The notes beneath the pieces were generated by a model. That model was not told where the DNA came from, made no database searches, and saw only the letters and a list, made by a program, of their open reading frames with translations. Made by a program: the position numbers and the translations under genes. From positions 91,521 through 155,520 of the forward strand of contig DATMMS010000001.1 in assembly GCA_035569605.1 (NCBI GenBank): a stretch of 64,000 nucleotides of DNA. Reading direction: 5' to 3'. The stretch is from Candidatus Solibacter sp. GTDB taxonomy: Bacteria; Chloroflexota; Dormibacteria; DASZGP01. The stretch's first letter is position 1; each line of letters opens with the position of its first letter. Shown here piece by piece: positions 37,171-46,378 of the stretch.

Positions 37171-38577
37171 GTGAGCGAGAGCTTCTTCGAACCCCTGTCG
37201 GCGACCGACGCCTGGTTCCTATACGCCGAGCGACCCGAGACGCCACTCGACCTTGGGACCGTCTACATCTTCGAGCCCGGCTCGCGGGTGCCCGACGGTC
37301 GCGGCGTAATGGGTATCCGCGAGACCGTGGCCGAGCGCCTCCACCTGGTGCCGCGCTACCGCCAGCGGATTCACCCTGTGCGATTCCACATGGGCCACCC
37401 GGTCTGGGTTGACGATCCCGATTTCGATCTCGACTTCCACATCCGCCACGAGAGCCTGCCGGCCCCCGCCGATGGCGCGACCTTCCGAACCACGGTGGCC
37501 CGGATCCTGGCGCGCCCGCTGGACATGCGCCGCCCGCTATGGGACATGACCGTTCTGAGCGGCCTGCCCCACGGCAAGATCGCGGTCATCAACCGGGCTC
37601 ACCACGCCATGCTTGACGGCGCCTCGGCGGCCGACATCATCACCGTGCTGCTGGACCTGACACCGGAGGGGAACCCGATCGAACCGCCCCAGGAGGCCTG
37701 GAAGCCGCGGCCGGCGCCGGGCCAGTGGGAGCTGATCAGGCCCATGCTCTGGAACCCACCCAAGCGGCAGGCTGGCGGCGACGGCCGGGTGATCCGGCGG
37801 CGGATGGCACTGTGGCGCCTGCCCGTGGGCGGCTTCGCGTCACTGGCCCGGGCCCAGCTCAAGTCGCGACCCGACCTGTTCTTCAACCGCAAGCTGGGGC
37901 TTCAGCGCAGCGGCCGCGGGCTCAAGGTCCCGCTGGCGGACATCAAGGCGCTCAAGGACCGCTACGGCTGCACCGTCAACGACGCCGTCCTGGGGCTGAT
38001 CGGCGAGGGCCTTCACCGCTGGTTCGTCGACCGCGGCACCGGGGTACCGGACCACGTGCGGGTCTTCTGCCCGGTGAGTGTCCGATCCGATTCCGAGCAC
38101 GGCCAGCTCGGCAACAAGGTCAGCGGAATGGTGCTCGACATGCCGACGGCGGCGATGTCGATGGAGGAGAGGCTGACCCGTATCCGCGAGCGCACCGCCC
38201 AGCTGAAGCAGAGCCACCAGGCGGTGGCCGCTGAGAAACTCACCGGGCTGGCCGGCTGGGCGCCGCCGACGTTGCTGATCCTTGCCGGCCGCGTGATGCC
38301 CAACCAGCAAGGCGGCGCCAACATCAACGTCACCAACGTCCCCGGCCCGCAGTTCCCGCTCTACACCGGCGGCGCTCAGATGCTGGAGGTCTGGCCCTTC
38401 GCCCCGCTGTACCCATCGATGGGGCTGGGCATCGCCGTCGTCTCCTACAACGGCAACCTGTACCTCGGCTTTAGCGCCGATTCCACTCTGGTGCCCGACG
38501 TCGAGTCGTTCTGGACCCACATTCGGGCAGCGGCGGAGGAGTGCTCCGCCCTAGGGGCTAGTGCATCCGGCGGCTGA
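37171..38577 (+). CDS. Wax ester synthase/diacylglycerol acyltransferase (WS/DGAT)
   Basis: Catalytic HHxxxDG motif (AHHAMLDGAS), conserved NDAVL, and the C-terminal DUF1298-like part. Confidence 0.9.
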   Translation: MSESFFEPLSATDAWFLYAERPETPLDLGTVYIFEPGSRVPDGRGVMGIRETVAERLHLVPRYRQRIHPVRFHMGHPVWVDDPDFDLDFHIRHESLPAPADGATFRTTVARILARPLDMRRPLWDMTVLSGLPHGKIAVINRAHHAMLDGASAADIITVLLDLTPEGNPIEPPQEAWKPRPAPGQWELIRPMLWNPPKRQAGGDGRVIRRRMALWRLPVGGFASLARAQLKSRPDLFFNRKLGLQRSGRGLKVPLADIKALKDRYGCTVNDAVLGLIGEGLHRWFVDRGTGVPDHVRVFCPVSVRSDSEHGQLGNKVSGMVLDMPTAAMSMEERLTRIRERTAQLKQSHQAVAAEKLTGLAGWAPPTLLILAGRVMPNQQGGANINVTNVPGPQFPLYTGGAQMLEVWPFAPLYPSMGLGIAVVSYNGNLYLGFSADSTLVPDVESFWTHIRAAAEECSALGASASGG

Positions 38578-38621
38578 GCTGGGGCGTTTAGCGCGGCCCG
38601 AGTCGAGGGGGATCGGGGGCG

Positions 38622-39521
38622 TCAGCGCCAGAATTCGATGAGCTGCTCGGCAAGAGCGCTGCTCTGGTCGTAACCGGCTCGAGCAGCGGGCACGCGCCTG
38701 GACAGATCCATCATGTTGCTGCCGAATGCGTCGCGGGAGTTCTCGTCCGGCAAGATGGTTTCGACCCTGCTCCCCCCAGCGCGTAGTTCGCCTACCTGAG
38801 CTGCAAGATGCATGTTCCACTCCACCGGCGCCCGTGATCTGCCGCCAAACGGTGACAGGACCAGCACCCGCTCGAATCCAGCTGCCAGATCGGCATTCTC
38901 GCTGGATCGTCGGTAGCCGCCGTCGATGTACCGGCCATCGCCGATCCAGTAGGGAGCGGCGCTTGAACAGCTGGCGGCGACGGCGTCCGCCAGGTCGACT
39001 CCGCTGTCGCGGTCGAACACAACCGGTTCCCCGGTATGGGCGTCGACAGCCACGACCAGCACCGTTTGTTCGGGCCACTGCTGACTTGGAAGCCGAGCGG
39101 CGACAGTAGCGCGCCATTGCCGTTGCCCGGAGCCGTCCGACGCGGCATCCATTTCGAGCGCGGCGGCACCCAGTCTACGGCGCATGTCGGCCGGGTCCTC
39201 CGCGGCGGCGATGATCGCGCTCGTCCGCTCCATATGGTCGACCCTCGGGCCACCGGGAGCGCGTCCACCGGCGGATCGGACCGGACCGGGCTGTTGCACG
39301 GGCGCTGCGGAAAGGAGGTCTGCAAACAGTTGCGCCGGGATGGTGCCGGTTATCTGGGCTGCCGTCGTCGATCCGGCCGACGTCCCGATGATCACGTCCG
39401 CTTCAGTCACATCCAACCCGGCATCAAAGAGGCCGGCGACGACGCCGATCAACCACGCATTGCCTGCCGCCCCGCCACCACCGAGCACCAACGCGCGCTT
39501 TGGGATGGGCGTCACGGGCAT
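38622..39521 (-). CDS. Patatin-like phospholipase
   Basis: Oxyanion GGGGAAG and nucleophile GTSAGS. The Asp of the dyad lies in a DGG context. I chose the start at MPVTPIPKRALVLGGGG. Longer in-frame starts up to 39695 would overlap the divergent gene. Confidence 0.8.
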   Translation of the reverse strand: MPVTPIPKRALVLGGGGAAGNAWLIGVVAGLFDAGLDVTEADVIIGTSAGSTTAAQITGTIPAQLFADLLSAAPVQQPGPVRSAGGRAPGGPRVDHMERTSAIIAAAEDPADMRRRLGAAALEMDAASDGSGQRQWRATVAARLPSQQWPEQTVLVVAVDAHTGEPVVFDRDSGVDLADAVAASCSSAAPYWIGDGRYIDGGYRRSSENADLAAGFERVLVLSPFGGRSRAPVEWNMHLAAQVGELRAGGSRVETILPDENSRDAFGSNMMDLSRRVPAARAGYDQSSALAEQLIEFWR

Positions 39522-39621
39522 TCCAGCATCATCCGGGACTTTACCGGCCTCTGGCCTCTTTCGGACGGTCGCATGACGCGCGATGGCCTCATCCCGAGCC
39601 GCCGCAGCCTTAGTGTTGGGC

Positions 39622-40284
39622 ATGGACAAGGAGCGCACCAGGCTGCGGCGCCATCCGGAGCGCGGACACGACGACCGCGATCTGATCCATGCCATCCTCG
39701 ACGAGGCCCTGGTGTGCCACGTCGGCTTTGTCGCCGACGGCTACCCGACAGTGATCCCGACCCTGCACGCCCGCGCCGGTGACACGCTCTACCTGCACGG
39801 GTCGCCCGCCAGCCGGATGCTGCAGGCGGCGCCCGGCGGCGAGATCTGCGTCACCGTAACCCTCCTCGACGGCGTGGTGATGGCCCGCTCGGCGTTCAAC
39901 CACTCCATGAATTACCGATCGGTTGTGGTCTTCGGCCGGCCGCGGCTGGTCACCGATGCCGAGGAGAAGGAGGCAGCGTTCAAGACCCTCGTCGAACACG
40001 TGGCTCCCGGACGCTGGGACGATGCTCGGCATCCAACGCGCTCCGAGATGACCGCCACGACCGTGCTCGCGCTCTCCCTCGACGAGGCATCGGCGAAGGT
40101 GAGAAGCGGCCCGCCCAAAGACGACGAGGCTGACCTGGGGTTGGATGTGTGGGCCGGCGTTGTGCCGCTTCGGACCGTGGCCGGTGAGCCGCAGCCGGAC
40201 CCCGGGCTGGCCCCCGAGATAGAGCCGCCGGGCTATGCCCGGAATTACCGTCGCGACGCCGCGACTCCCAACGACCCCGCTTGA
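39622..40284 (+). CDS. Pyridoxamine 5'-phosphate oxidase-family (Pyridox_ox_2) flavoprotein
   Basis: N-terminal RLRRHPERGHDDRDLIHAILDEALVCHVGF and a YLHGS pattern typical of the family. Confidence 0.8.
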   Translation: MDKERTRLRRHPERGHDDRDLIHAILDEALVCHVGFVADGYPTVIPTLHARAGDTLYLHGSPASRMLQAAPGGEICVTVTLLDGVVMARSAFNHSMNYRSVVVFGRPRLVTDAEEKEAAFKTLVEHVAPGRWDDARHPTRSEMTATTVLALSLDEASAKVRSGPPKDDEADLGLDVWAGVVPLRTVAGEPQPDPGLAPEIEPPGYARNYRRDAATPNDPA

Positions 40285-40298
40285 TTTGGAGGTGAGCG

Positions 40299-40835
40299 AT
40301 GACTGAGGAGCAGGACCCAGCCAAGGCCTACCAGGCCCAGCTGCTGGCGCTGGTCGGCGACCAGGACCCCGTCGATGTGCTGAAGGGGATCCCGTCGGCG
40401 CTGCGGGCGATCCTCGCGGATGCCGCGGATGTCGCCGCAACAAAACCCGCGCCGGCTGAGTTCTCGCTGGTGGAGCTGATCGGCCACATGGTCGACGCCC
40501 AGGTCGTTGTCTTCACGCGGCTGCGCTGGATCCTGGCCGAGGAGGAGCCGCCGATCCCCGGTTACGAGCAGGATGACTGGGTCAGGATCTCCGGGTACGC
40601 CGACGCTGACCCCGACCAGCTGGTCGATCTTCTCGAGGGTCTCGAGCGCGCCAACATCCACCTCTGGCTGCATACCCCGGCCGAACAGCGGGCTCGTGTT
40701 GGCATGCACGCCGAGCGGGGCGCGGAATCGTTCGGCCTGACGTTCGCGATGCTGGCCGGCCACGACCTGCTCCACCTGGACCAGGCTCGGCGCACGGTCG
40801 ACGCGGTGCGCGGAAGGGTCGTCGCGGCGGACTGA
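40299..40835 (+). CDS. DinB-family metalloprotein
   Basis: Four-helix DinB pattern with His residues (LIGHMVD ... GHDLLHLDQ). Confidence 0.75.
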   Translation: MTEEQDPAKAYQAQLLALVGDQDPVDVLKGIPSALRAILADAADVAATKPAPAEFSLVELIGHMVDAQVVVFTRLRWILAEEEPPIPGYEQDDWVRISGYADADPDQLVDLLEGLERANIHLWLHTPAEQRARVGMHAERGAESFGLTFAMLAGHDLLHLDQARRTVDAVRGRVVAAD

Positions 40836-40848
40836 CCCCGGGTCGGCC

Positions 40849-42216
40849 TTATCCGACCGGCACCGGCTCCGGCTGCCGATCGGCGGCGAGGGCGGGCACC
40901 GGCGCCGCGAAGTTGCGAGCGGCGGCGCGGCGTTTGCCCCGCTTTCGCTCCTTGGCCAGCTGGTAGATGTAGTCGTCGAAATCGACCTCCATGGTGTGCC
41001 GCTTCGACTTGAGGTAGCGCTTGAACATCGCCGCCCGCTCGTGGTCGATGTCGGCCTGGACGTCAGCCGTACTGGGTAGGGCGTACTCGCCGAGCAGGTA
41101 TTCGGCCATCCACTCCGACTGGACCTCGGCCAGCGGCATGATCGCGCCGATCGGCTGCAGCAACCCCAGGAAGAAGAGGTTGTCGATCCCCGGCTTGAAG
41201 ACGCGTCTGAAGAGCGGCAGGTCGTTGTCCGGGGCGGAAAGAAAGTCGGGGTCGAAGAACGGGAAGGTGACCTTGTAGCCCGTGCAGTAGACGATCACGT
41301 CGACCTCCTCGACGCTGCCGTCTACGAACCTGACGCTGCCACCCATCAGCTCGCTGATGTTGGCCTTGGGCGTAACCGCGCCGTGCGCCACCCGCATCAG
41401 GATCTCCCCCGAAACCGTCGGATGGGCGTGGAAGACGTCGTGATCGGGCTTGGGCAGGCCGTAACGCTCCGGCGGTCCGACCATGGTGAGCAGGATCCGC
41501 TTGGTCAGCTTCTGCTTGACCGCGAACGGGATCCGAGGGTCGGTCATCTGCTGGTCCATCGGGCGTCCGAGGATGTACTTGGGGATGATCCAGGCGCCTC
41601 GGCGCGCCGCCAGGAAGGTCTTCTCCGCGCTGTAGCTGGACTCGACGGCGATGTCCATAGCCGAGTTGCCCATGCCCAGCACCAGCACCCGCTTGCCCCT
41701 GAAGGGCTCGGCGTCGACGTAGTGGTGCGCGTGCATGACCTCGCCGGCGAACTCGCCGGGGAAGGGCGGTTCAGGCCAGCGCGGGTCCCAGTGGTGGCCG
41801 TTGGCCACGACCAGGGCGTCATAGTGGCGCGTCTCACCGCTGTCGAGGGTGACGGTCCAGGTGCCGTCGTCAGCGCGCTCGGCCCGGTCGACCCCGGTGT
41901 TGAAGGTGATGCGGTCCCGGAAGCCGAAGTGGTCGACGTAGGCGTCGAAGTACTCGGCGACCTGGGTGTGGTGGGGGAAGTCGGGGTAGTGCTTGGGCAT
42001 CGGGAAGTCGGAGTACTCCATCCGCTCCCGTGAGGTGTTGATGTGCAGCGAGCGGTAGGCCGAGGACATGCCGTTCTTGTTCCCGAAGACCCAGTTGCCG
42101 CCGACGCGGTCGCCCTTGTCGAAGCAGTCGAAGGGAATACCGCGCTGCTGCAGGACCTTGGCCGCCGTGATCCCAGAGGAGCCGGCCCCGATGATGCAGA
42201 CCAGTGGTTTCGACAT
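40849..42216 (-). CDS. Flavin-containing (Baeyer-Villiger type) monooxygenase
   Basis: FAD fold IIGAGSSGI, NADPH fold VLGMGNSAMD, and an FxGxxxHxxxW/Y-like region. Confidence 0.9.
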   Translation of the reverse strand: MSKPLVCIIGAGSSGITAAKVLQQRGIPFDCFDKGDRVGGNWVFGNKNGMSSAYRSLHINTSRERMEYSDFPMPKHYPDFPHHTQVAEYFDAYVDHFGFRDRITFNTGVDRAERADDGTWTVTLDSGETRHYDALVVANGHHWDPRWPEPPFPGEFAGEVMHAHHYVDAEPFRGKRVLVLGMGNSAMDIAVESSYSAEKTFLAARRGAWIIPKYILGRPMDQQMTDPRIPFAVKQKLTKRILLTMVGPPERYGLPKPDHDVFHAHPTVSGEILMRVAHGAVTPKANISELMGGSVRFVDGSVEEVDVIVYCTGYKVTFPFFDPDFLSAPDNDLPLFRRVFKPGIDNLFFLGLLQPIGAIMPLAEVQSEWMAEYLLGEYALPSTADVQADIDHERAAMFKRYLKSKRHTMEVDFDDYIYQLAKERKRGKRRAAARNFAAPVPALAADRQPEPVPVG

Positions 42217-42311
42217 GAGTACGCCAGCTTACCGAAATCGCGTCCGGCGGCGTCCCTACCGGGCGCCCGGTTCGTTGCGGTTGGTAACGCGATGCGGTAT
42301 GACTCAACCAG

Positions 42312-43271
42312 ATGCCGCGGTTTCTCAGCCCCAAGGAATTGCTGTCGATAATGGCCGTGCCGTTGCCGCTTGGTCCGGCGCCGATGCCGATTGCGGACAC
42401 CGATCCCGACCCCGGGTTGTTTGGTCCCGAATCTGTGACCTGGAAGGTGCTGCGTGAGCCGCTGCTGATCCTTGCCGGCGCCCGCGCCCTGCTCTTGCAG
42501 GCGGCCCACCCGCACGTCGCCCAGGGCGCCATCGACCACAGCTCCTACGCCACCGACCCCTTCGGACGGCTGATGCGCACGACCGACTGGGCGGGCGCGG
42601 TCGCGTTCGGGACCACGGCCGAGGCGGAGGCGGCCGCCGCCCGCGTCAACCGGATGCACCGCAAGGTCGCCGGCACGCTGCCGCGCGGCCGCGGTAGCCG
42701 CAAGGTCAAAGCAGGCAGCGCTTACAACGCCATGGACCCAGACCTGCTGTTGTGGGTCCACGCCACCTTCGTGGACACCCTGCTGGTCGCGCACGACCGG
42801 TTGGTGGGCGGGCTGACCGAGCCCGAGCGCGACGCGTTTGTCCACGAGTGGGACGCGGTGGCCCGCCTGATGGGCGTGCCGGAGCAGCTGCTCTGGGGCG
42901 ACCACGCCGCCATGGCTGCCTACGTCGACGAGCAGGTCGAGCACGGTTTCGCGCGGCCCGCCGCCGGCTCCCGGCTGGTTGCCGCCACCATCCTTCACCC
43001 GCCCCTGCCCTCGCCGCTGTTGAGGCCGCTGATGGACACCCTGGCGTTCATCGCGGTCGGTTTTCTGCCTGCCACCACGCGCAAGGCCTACCGCATCACC
43101 TGGACCCCCGCCCACGAGGCCGCCCATCTCAGCCTGGAGCTGATGGTGCGCAACACCCGCCGGGGCATGCCCCGCGCTCTCCGGGTCGCCCCGATCTACG
43201 ACTTTGCCTTGTCTCGAACCTTGGGCCGGCTTCGCGACGGTTCCGATCGGCGGCTCCAAGGGGCGGCCTAG
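42312..43271 (+). CDS. MpaB/DUF2236-family oxygenase
   Basis: GPESVTWKV..EP..ILAGARALLLQAAHP signature of DUF2236. Confidence 0.8.
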   Translation: MPRFLSPKELLSIMAVPLPLGPAPMPIADTDPDPGLFGPESVTWKVLREPLLILAGARALLLQAAHPHVAQGAIDHSSYATDPFGRLMRTTDWAGAVAFGTTAEAEAAAARVNRMHRKVAGTLPRGRGSRKVKAGSAYNAMDPDLLLWVHATFVDTLLVAHDRLVGGLTEPERDAFVHEWDAVARLMGVPEQLLWGDHAAMAAYVDEQVEHGFARPAAGSRLVAATILHPPLPSPLLRPLMDTLAFIAVGFLPATTRKAYRITWTPAHEAAHLSLELMVRNTRRGMPRALRVAPIYDFALSRTLGRLRDGSDRRLQGAA

Positions 43272-43278
43272 CCAACAG

Positions 43279-44604
43279 TTGACCGAGTACATAGCGGGCA
43301 GAGCCCAGATGGGCGTGTCGCTCGGTTTCCACATCGTCTTCGCCTCCATCGGAGTTGGTCTTCCCCTGCTACTCCTGATCGTCGAGGGGCTCTGGCTGCG
43401 GAACCGAGACCCTGACTGGAAGCTGCTGGCGCGTCGCTGGAGCAAGGCATTCGGCATCCTCTTCGCGGTGGGCGCGGTTTCAGGGACGGTGCTGAGCTTC
43501 GAGCTGGGACTGCTCTGGCCTGGGTTCATGGGCTACGCCGGCGGCATCATCGGCCTGCCCTTCTCGATGGAGGGGTTTGCCTTCTTTGTCGAGGCGATCT
43601 TCGTGGGTCTCTACCTCTACGGCTGGGAGCTGCTCTCGCCGCTGGCTCACTGGCTCTGCACCATCCCCCTGGTGATCAGCGGCGCAGCTTCGGCATGGTT
43701 CGTGGTCACCGCCAACGCCTGGATGAACAGCCCGACGGGCTTCCGCCTCGACCACGGCCGGGTCACCGACGTCCATCCACTGGAGGCGATCTTCAACCCT
43801 GGCACGCCGATCGAGACAACGCACGTGATGATCTCCGCCTACCTGGTCACCGGCTTCGCCGTCGCGGCCATCTACGCGGTCGGCATCCTCCGCCGCCGTG
43901 GAGGGACGGTCTATCGCAAGGGTCTGCTGGTGGGGATGTTGCTGGGCTCGATCTGTGCACCGCTGCAGGTGATCACCGGCGACATGAATGCCAGGTGGGT
44001 GGCTGATCACCAGCCGGCCAAGCTGGCCGCGATGGAAGGCCAATTCCGGACCGAGTCCGGCGCACCGCTTCGGATCGGCGGCTGGCCCAACCTCGCGTCG
44101 CGAAACACCGACTTCGCCATCGAAATCCCTGCGGGCCTGTCGTTCCTGGCCTACGGCAACTTCAACGCCGTGGTCAAAGGGCTCGATTCCTTCAACCCCG
44201 GCAGCACCCCGGACCCCCGCCCGGTGCACCTCGCCTTCGACGTGATGGTGGGTATCGGATTCCTGCTGCTGGGGTTGGCGGCCTGGTTCTTCTGGCTACT
44301 CTGGCGCCGCCGTCGTGTACCCGAATGGCCGCTGTTGCTAAGAGCGACGGCCGCCGCCGGCGTGCTTGGTTTCGTGGCTGTTGAGGCGGGATGGATGGTG
44401 ACCGAGATCGGCCGCCAGCCCTGGATCATCTATGGCGTGGTCCGCACCGCGGCCGCCATCACGCCGGCCCCGGGGCTGTTGTGGAGCTTCTGGATCTCGA
44501 CCGCGATTTACGTGGCGCTGGGAACGACCTGCGCGGCATTGCTGCTGCGGCTCGCCGGGGCCACCCGGTCGGGTCTGGCGGAAGCGCCGGAGACAGAGCC
44601 GTGA
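43279..44604 (+). CDS. cydA: Cytochrome bd ubiquinol oxidase subunit I
   Basis: Conserved N-terminal His context (GFHIVFASIGVG), Q-loop region, and GWMVTEIGRQPW motif. In-frame TTG at 43279 preferred over the ATG at 43204, which overlaps the MpaB gene. Confidence 0.9.
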   Translation: MTEYIAGRAQMGVSLGFHIVFASIGVGLPLLLLIVEGLWLRNRDPDWKLLARRWSKAFGILFAVGAVSGTVLSFELGLLWPGFMGYAGGIIGLPFSMEGFAFFVEAIFVGLYLYGWELLSPLAHWLCTIPLVISGAASAWFVVTANAWMNSPTGFRLDHGRVTDVHPLEAIFNPGTPIETTHVMISAYLVTGFAVAAIYAVGILRRRGGTVYRKGLLVGMLLGSICAPLQVITGDMNARWVADHQPAKLAAMEGQFRTESGAPLRIGGWPNLASRNTDFAIEIPAGLSFLAYGNFNAVVKGLDSFNPGSTPDPRPVHLAFDVMVGIGFLLLGLAAWFFWLLWRRRRVPEWPLLLRATAAAGVLGFVAVEAGWMVTEIGRQPWIIYGVVRTAAAITPAPGLLWSFWISTAIYVALGTTCAALLLRLAGATRSGLAEAPETEP

Positions 44605-45614
44605 GCGCTGCCGTGCTCGACTACTCGGTAGCGGCGATCCTGTGGGTGGCGATCGTGGTCTACGCGGTCCTTGCCGGCGCCGATTTCGGCGGCGGCGTCT
44701 GGGACCTGTTCGCCCGTGGTCCGCGCGCACAGCAGCAGCGTGCGGCGGTCTCCCGGGCGATGGGCCCGGTCTGGGAGGCCAACCACGTCTGGCTGATCTT
44801 CCTGATCACGGGTCTGTTCACGGCGTTCCCCGCCGGCTTCAAGGCGCTGTCCCTGGGCCTGTTCGTGCCTTTCTCGCTGGTTCTGGCCGGGATCATTCTT
44901 CGCGGCGCCGCCTTCGCCTTCCGCGCCCACGCGTCCGGCGGCCGCGCCCGCCAACGCTTCGGCCTGGCCTTCGGCGTGGGCAGCATCATCACCCCCTTCC
45001 TGTTGGGCGCATGCGTCGGCGCCGTCGCTACCGGTCAGGCGATCCAGCCCGCGCAGACTACCGAACAGCTGCTGCTACCGTGGACGACTCCCTTCTCCCT
45101 GGTTTGCGGAGCCCTGGCTCTGGCCATTTGCGCCGGCCTGGCGGCGGTGTATCTCACCGTCGAGACCAGGAGCTCGGGTCTGCCGGAGCTGGCCGAAGAC
45201 TTCCGGGTTCGCGCCCTCGCCGCCGGCGCCGCCACCCTGGTGCTGGCGGCGGTCGCGCTGCCCCTTGCCAGCAGCACCGCGCCAGCTCTCTGGCGCGGAC
45301 TTATCGGCAGGGCCGCCCCGGTGACGGCGCTGGCCGCGGTGCTGGCGGTTTTCGCCGCCCTATCCATGCTTCGGCGTCGCTTCCGCGCCGCTCGGGCAGC
45401 TGCCGCCGGGCAGGTCGTCTGCATCCTGCTTGCGTGGGCGCTGGCCCAGGTGCCGCAGCTGGTGCCGCCGGCTCTCACCATCGAAGGCAGCGCCAGCCCG
45501 CCTGAGGTGATGGCCAGCCTGCTGGTCACCTATGGCGTCGGTGCCGCGGTTCTGCTGCCCTCACTGGGCCTTCTGTTCTATGTCTTCAAGGGCCGAAACC
45601 CGGCCGTTCTCTAA
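44601..45614 (+). CDS. cydB: Cytochrome bd ubiquinol oxidase subunit II
   Basis: GTGA overlap with the cydA stop. N-terminal YAVLAGADFGGGVWDL and WEANHVWLIF motifs typical of CydB. Confidence 0.85.
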   Translation: MSAAVLDYSVAAILWVAIVVYAVLAGADFGGGVWDLFARGPRAQQQRAAVSRAMGPVWEANHVWLIFLITGLFTAFPAGFKALSLGLFVPFSLVLAGIILRGAAFAFRAHASGGRARQRFGLAFGVGSIITPFLLGACVGAVATGQAIQPAQTTEQLLLPWTTPFSLVCGALALAICAGLAAVYLTVETRSSGLPELAEDFRVRALAAGAATLVLAAVALPLASSTAPALWRGLIGRAAPVTALAAVLAVFAALSMLRRRFRAARAAAAGQVVCILLAWALAQVPQLVPPALTIEGSASPPEVMASLLVTYGVGAAVLLPSLGLLFYVFKGRNPAVL

Positions 45615-45625
45615 ACCGGCGCCCC

Positions 45626-46375
45626 TCAGACCAGCTCGACCAGCGCCGGCAGCACCTCGCCGATGGGCTCGTGAAAGACCTCATCGGCGGCGCGGTCGAA
45701 GGGCGTCGGTTCGCCGTTGATGATCACCAGGCGCGCCCCCGCCGCCTGGGCGATCGACGGGAGCGCGGCCGCGGGGTAGACGCCCAGCGAGCTCCCCACC
45801 GCGAGGCAGAAGTCGCACGCCTCGGCGGCCGCCTGGGCGCGGGCGAGGTCGCCGGCAACAAGGTTCTGGCCGAACGAGATCGTCGCCGACTTGAGCACGC
45901 CGCCGCAGCTGCGGCAGGGCGGATCATCCTCGCCGGCGCGAACCCGCTCCAGCGCGCGCTCCATCGGCGCCCGCTCGCCGCAGCTCATGCAAACCACATC
46001 GCGCATGGTGCCGTGGATCTCCACCGTGATCGCGGGAGCCGAGCCCGCCATCAGGTGGAGGCCGTCGATGTTCTGCGTAACCAGCGCCTGCAGATGGCCC
46101 TTCCGTTCCAGCTCGACCAGGGCCAGGTGACCGCGGTTGGGCGACGCTCTCCAGGCGGGATGATCGAGGCGCTGCCGCCAGGACTCGACCCGTACCTGGG
46201 GGTCGGACATGTAGTAGCGGATGTTCGAGAGCCGCTCCGCCTTGGGGTCCTTGGTCCAGACGCCGTCGGGGCCGCGGAAGTCGGGGATGCCCGAGTCGGT
46301 GGAGATGCCGGCGCCGGTCAGCACCAGCAGGTTGGCAGAATCGCGGATCCAAGCCGCGACCGCCTCCAGCGTCAC
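45626..46375 (-). CDS. NAD-dependent protein deacylase (Sir2/CobB family)
   Basis: GAGISTDSGIPDFRG, QNIDGLH, and a Zn ribbon (CMSCG ... CRSCGG). The GTG start lies 3 nt after the sortase stop. Confidence 0.9.
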   Translation of the reverse strand: MTLEAVAAWIRDSANLLVLTGAGISTDSGIPDFRGPDGVWTKDPKAERLSNIRYYMSDPQVRVESWRQRLDHPAWRASPNRGHLALVELERKGHLQALVTQNIDGLHLMAGSAPAITVEIHGTMRDVVCMSCGERAPMERALERVRAGEDDPPCRSCGGVLKSATISFGQNLVAGDLARAQAAAEACDFCLAVGSSLGVYPAAALPSIAQAAGARLVIINGEPTPFDRAADEVFHEPIGEVLPALVELV

Positions 46376-46378
46376 GGT

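Noticed and set aside
38622-39695. Patatin-like phospholipase as a CBASS (CapV-like) effector.
   Set aside because: There is no CD-NTase or cyclase, and no Cap2/Cap3 or other signalling gene nearby. The neighbours are lipid-metabolism and oxygenase genes.
43204-43278. ATG at 43204 as the cydA start.
   Set aside because: It overlaps the MpaB gene by 68 nt and adds a non-conserved extension. The in-frame TTG at 43279 gives the usual CydA N-terminus. This remains uncertain without homology alignment.
45626-46375. Sir2-domain protein as an anti-phage effector (Thoeris ThsA, DSR or SIR2-HerA type).
   Set aside because: It is a 249-aa canonical sirtuin with an intact Zn ribbon and NAD pocket motifs. 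It has no fused sensor domain and no ThsB, HerA or helicase partner. The context fits a housekeeping-type deacylase.
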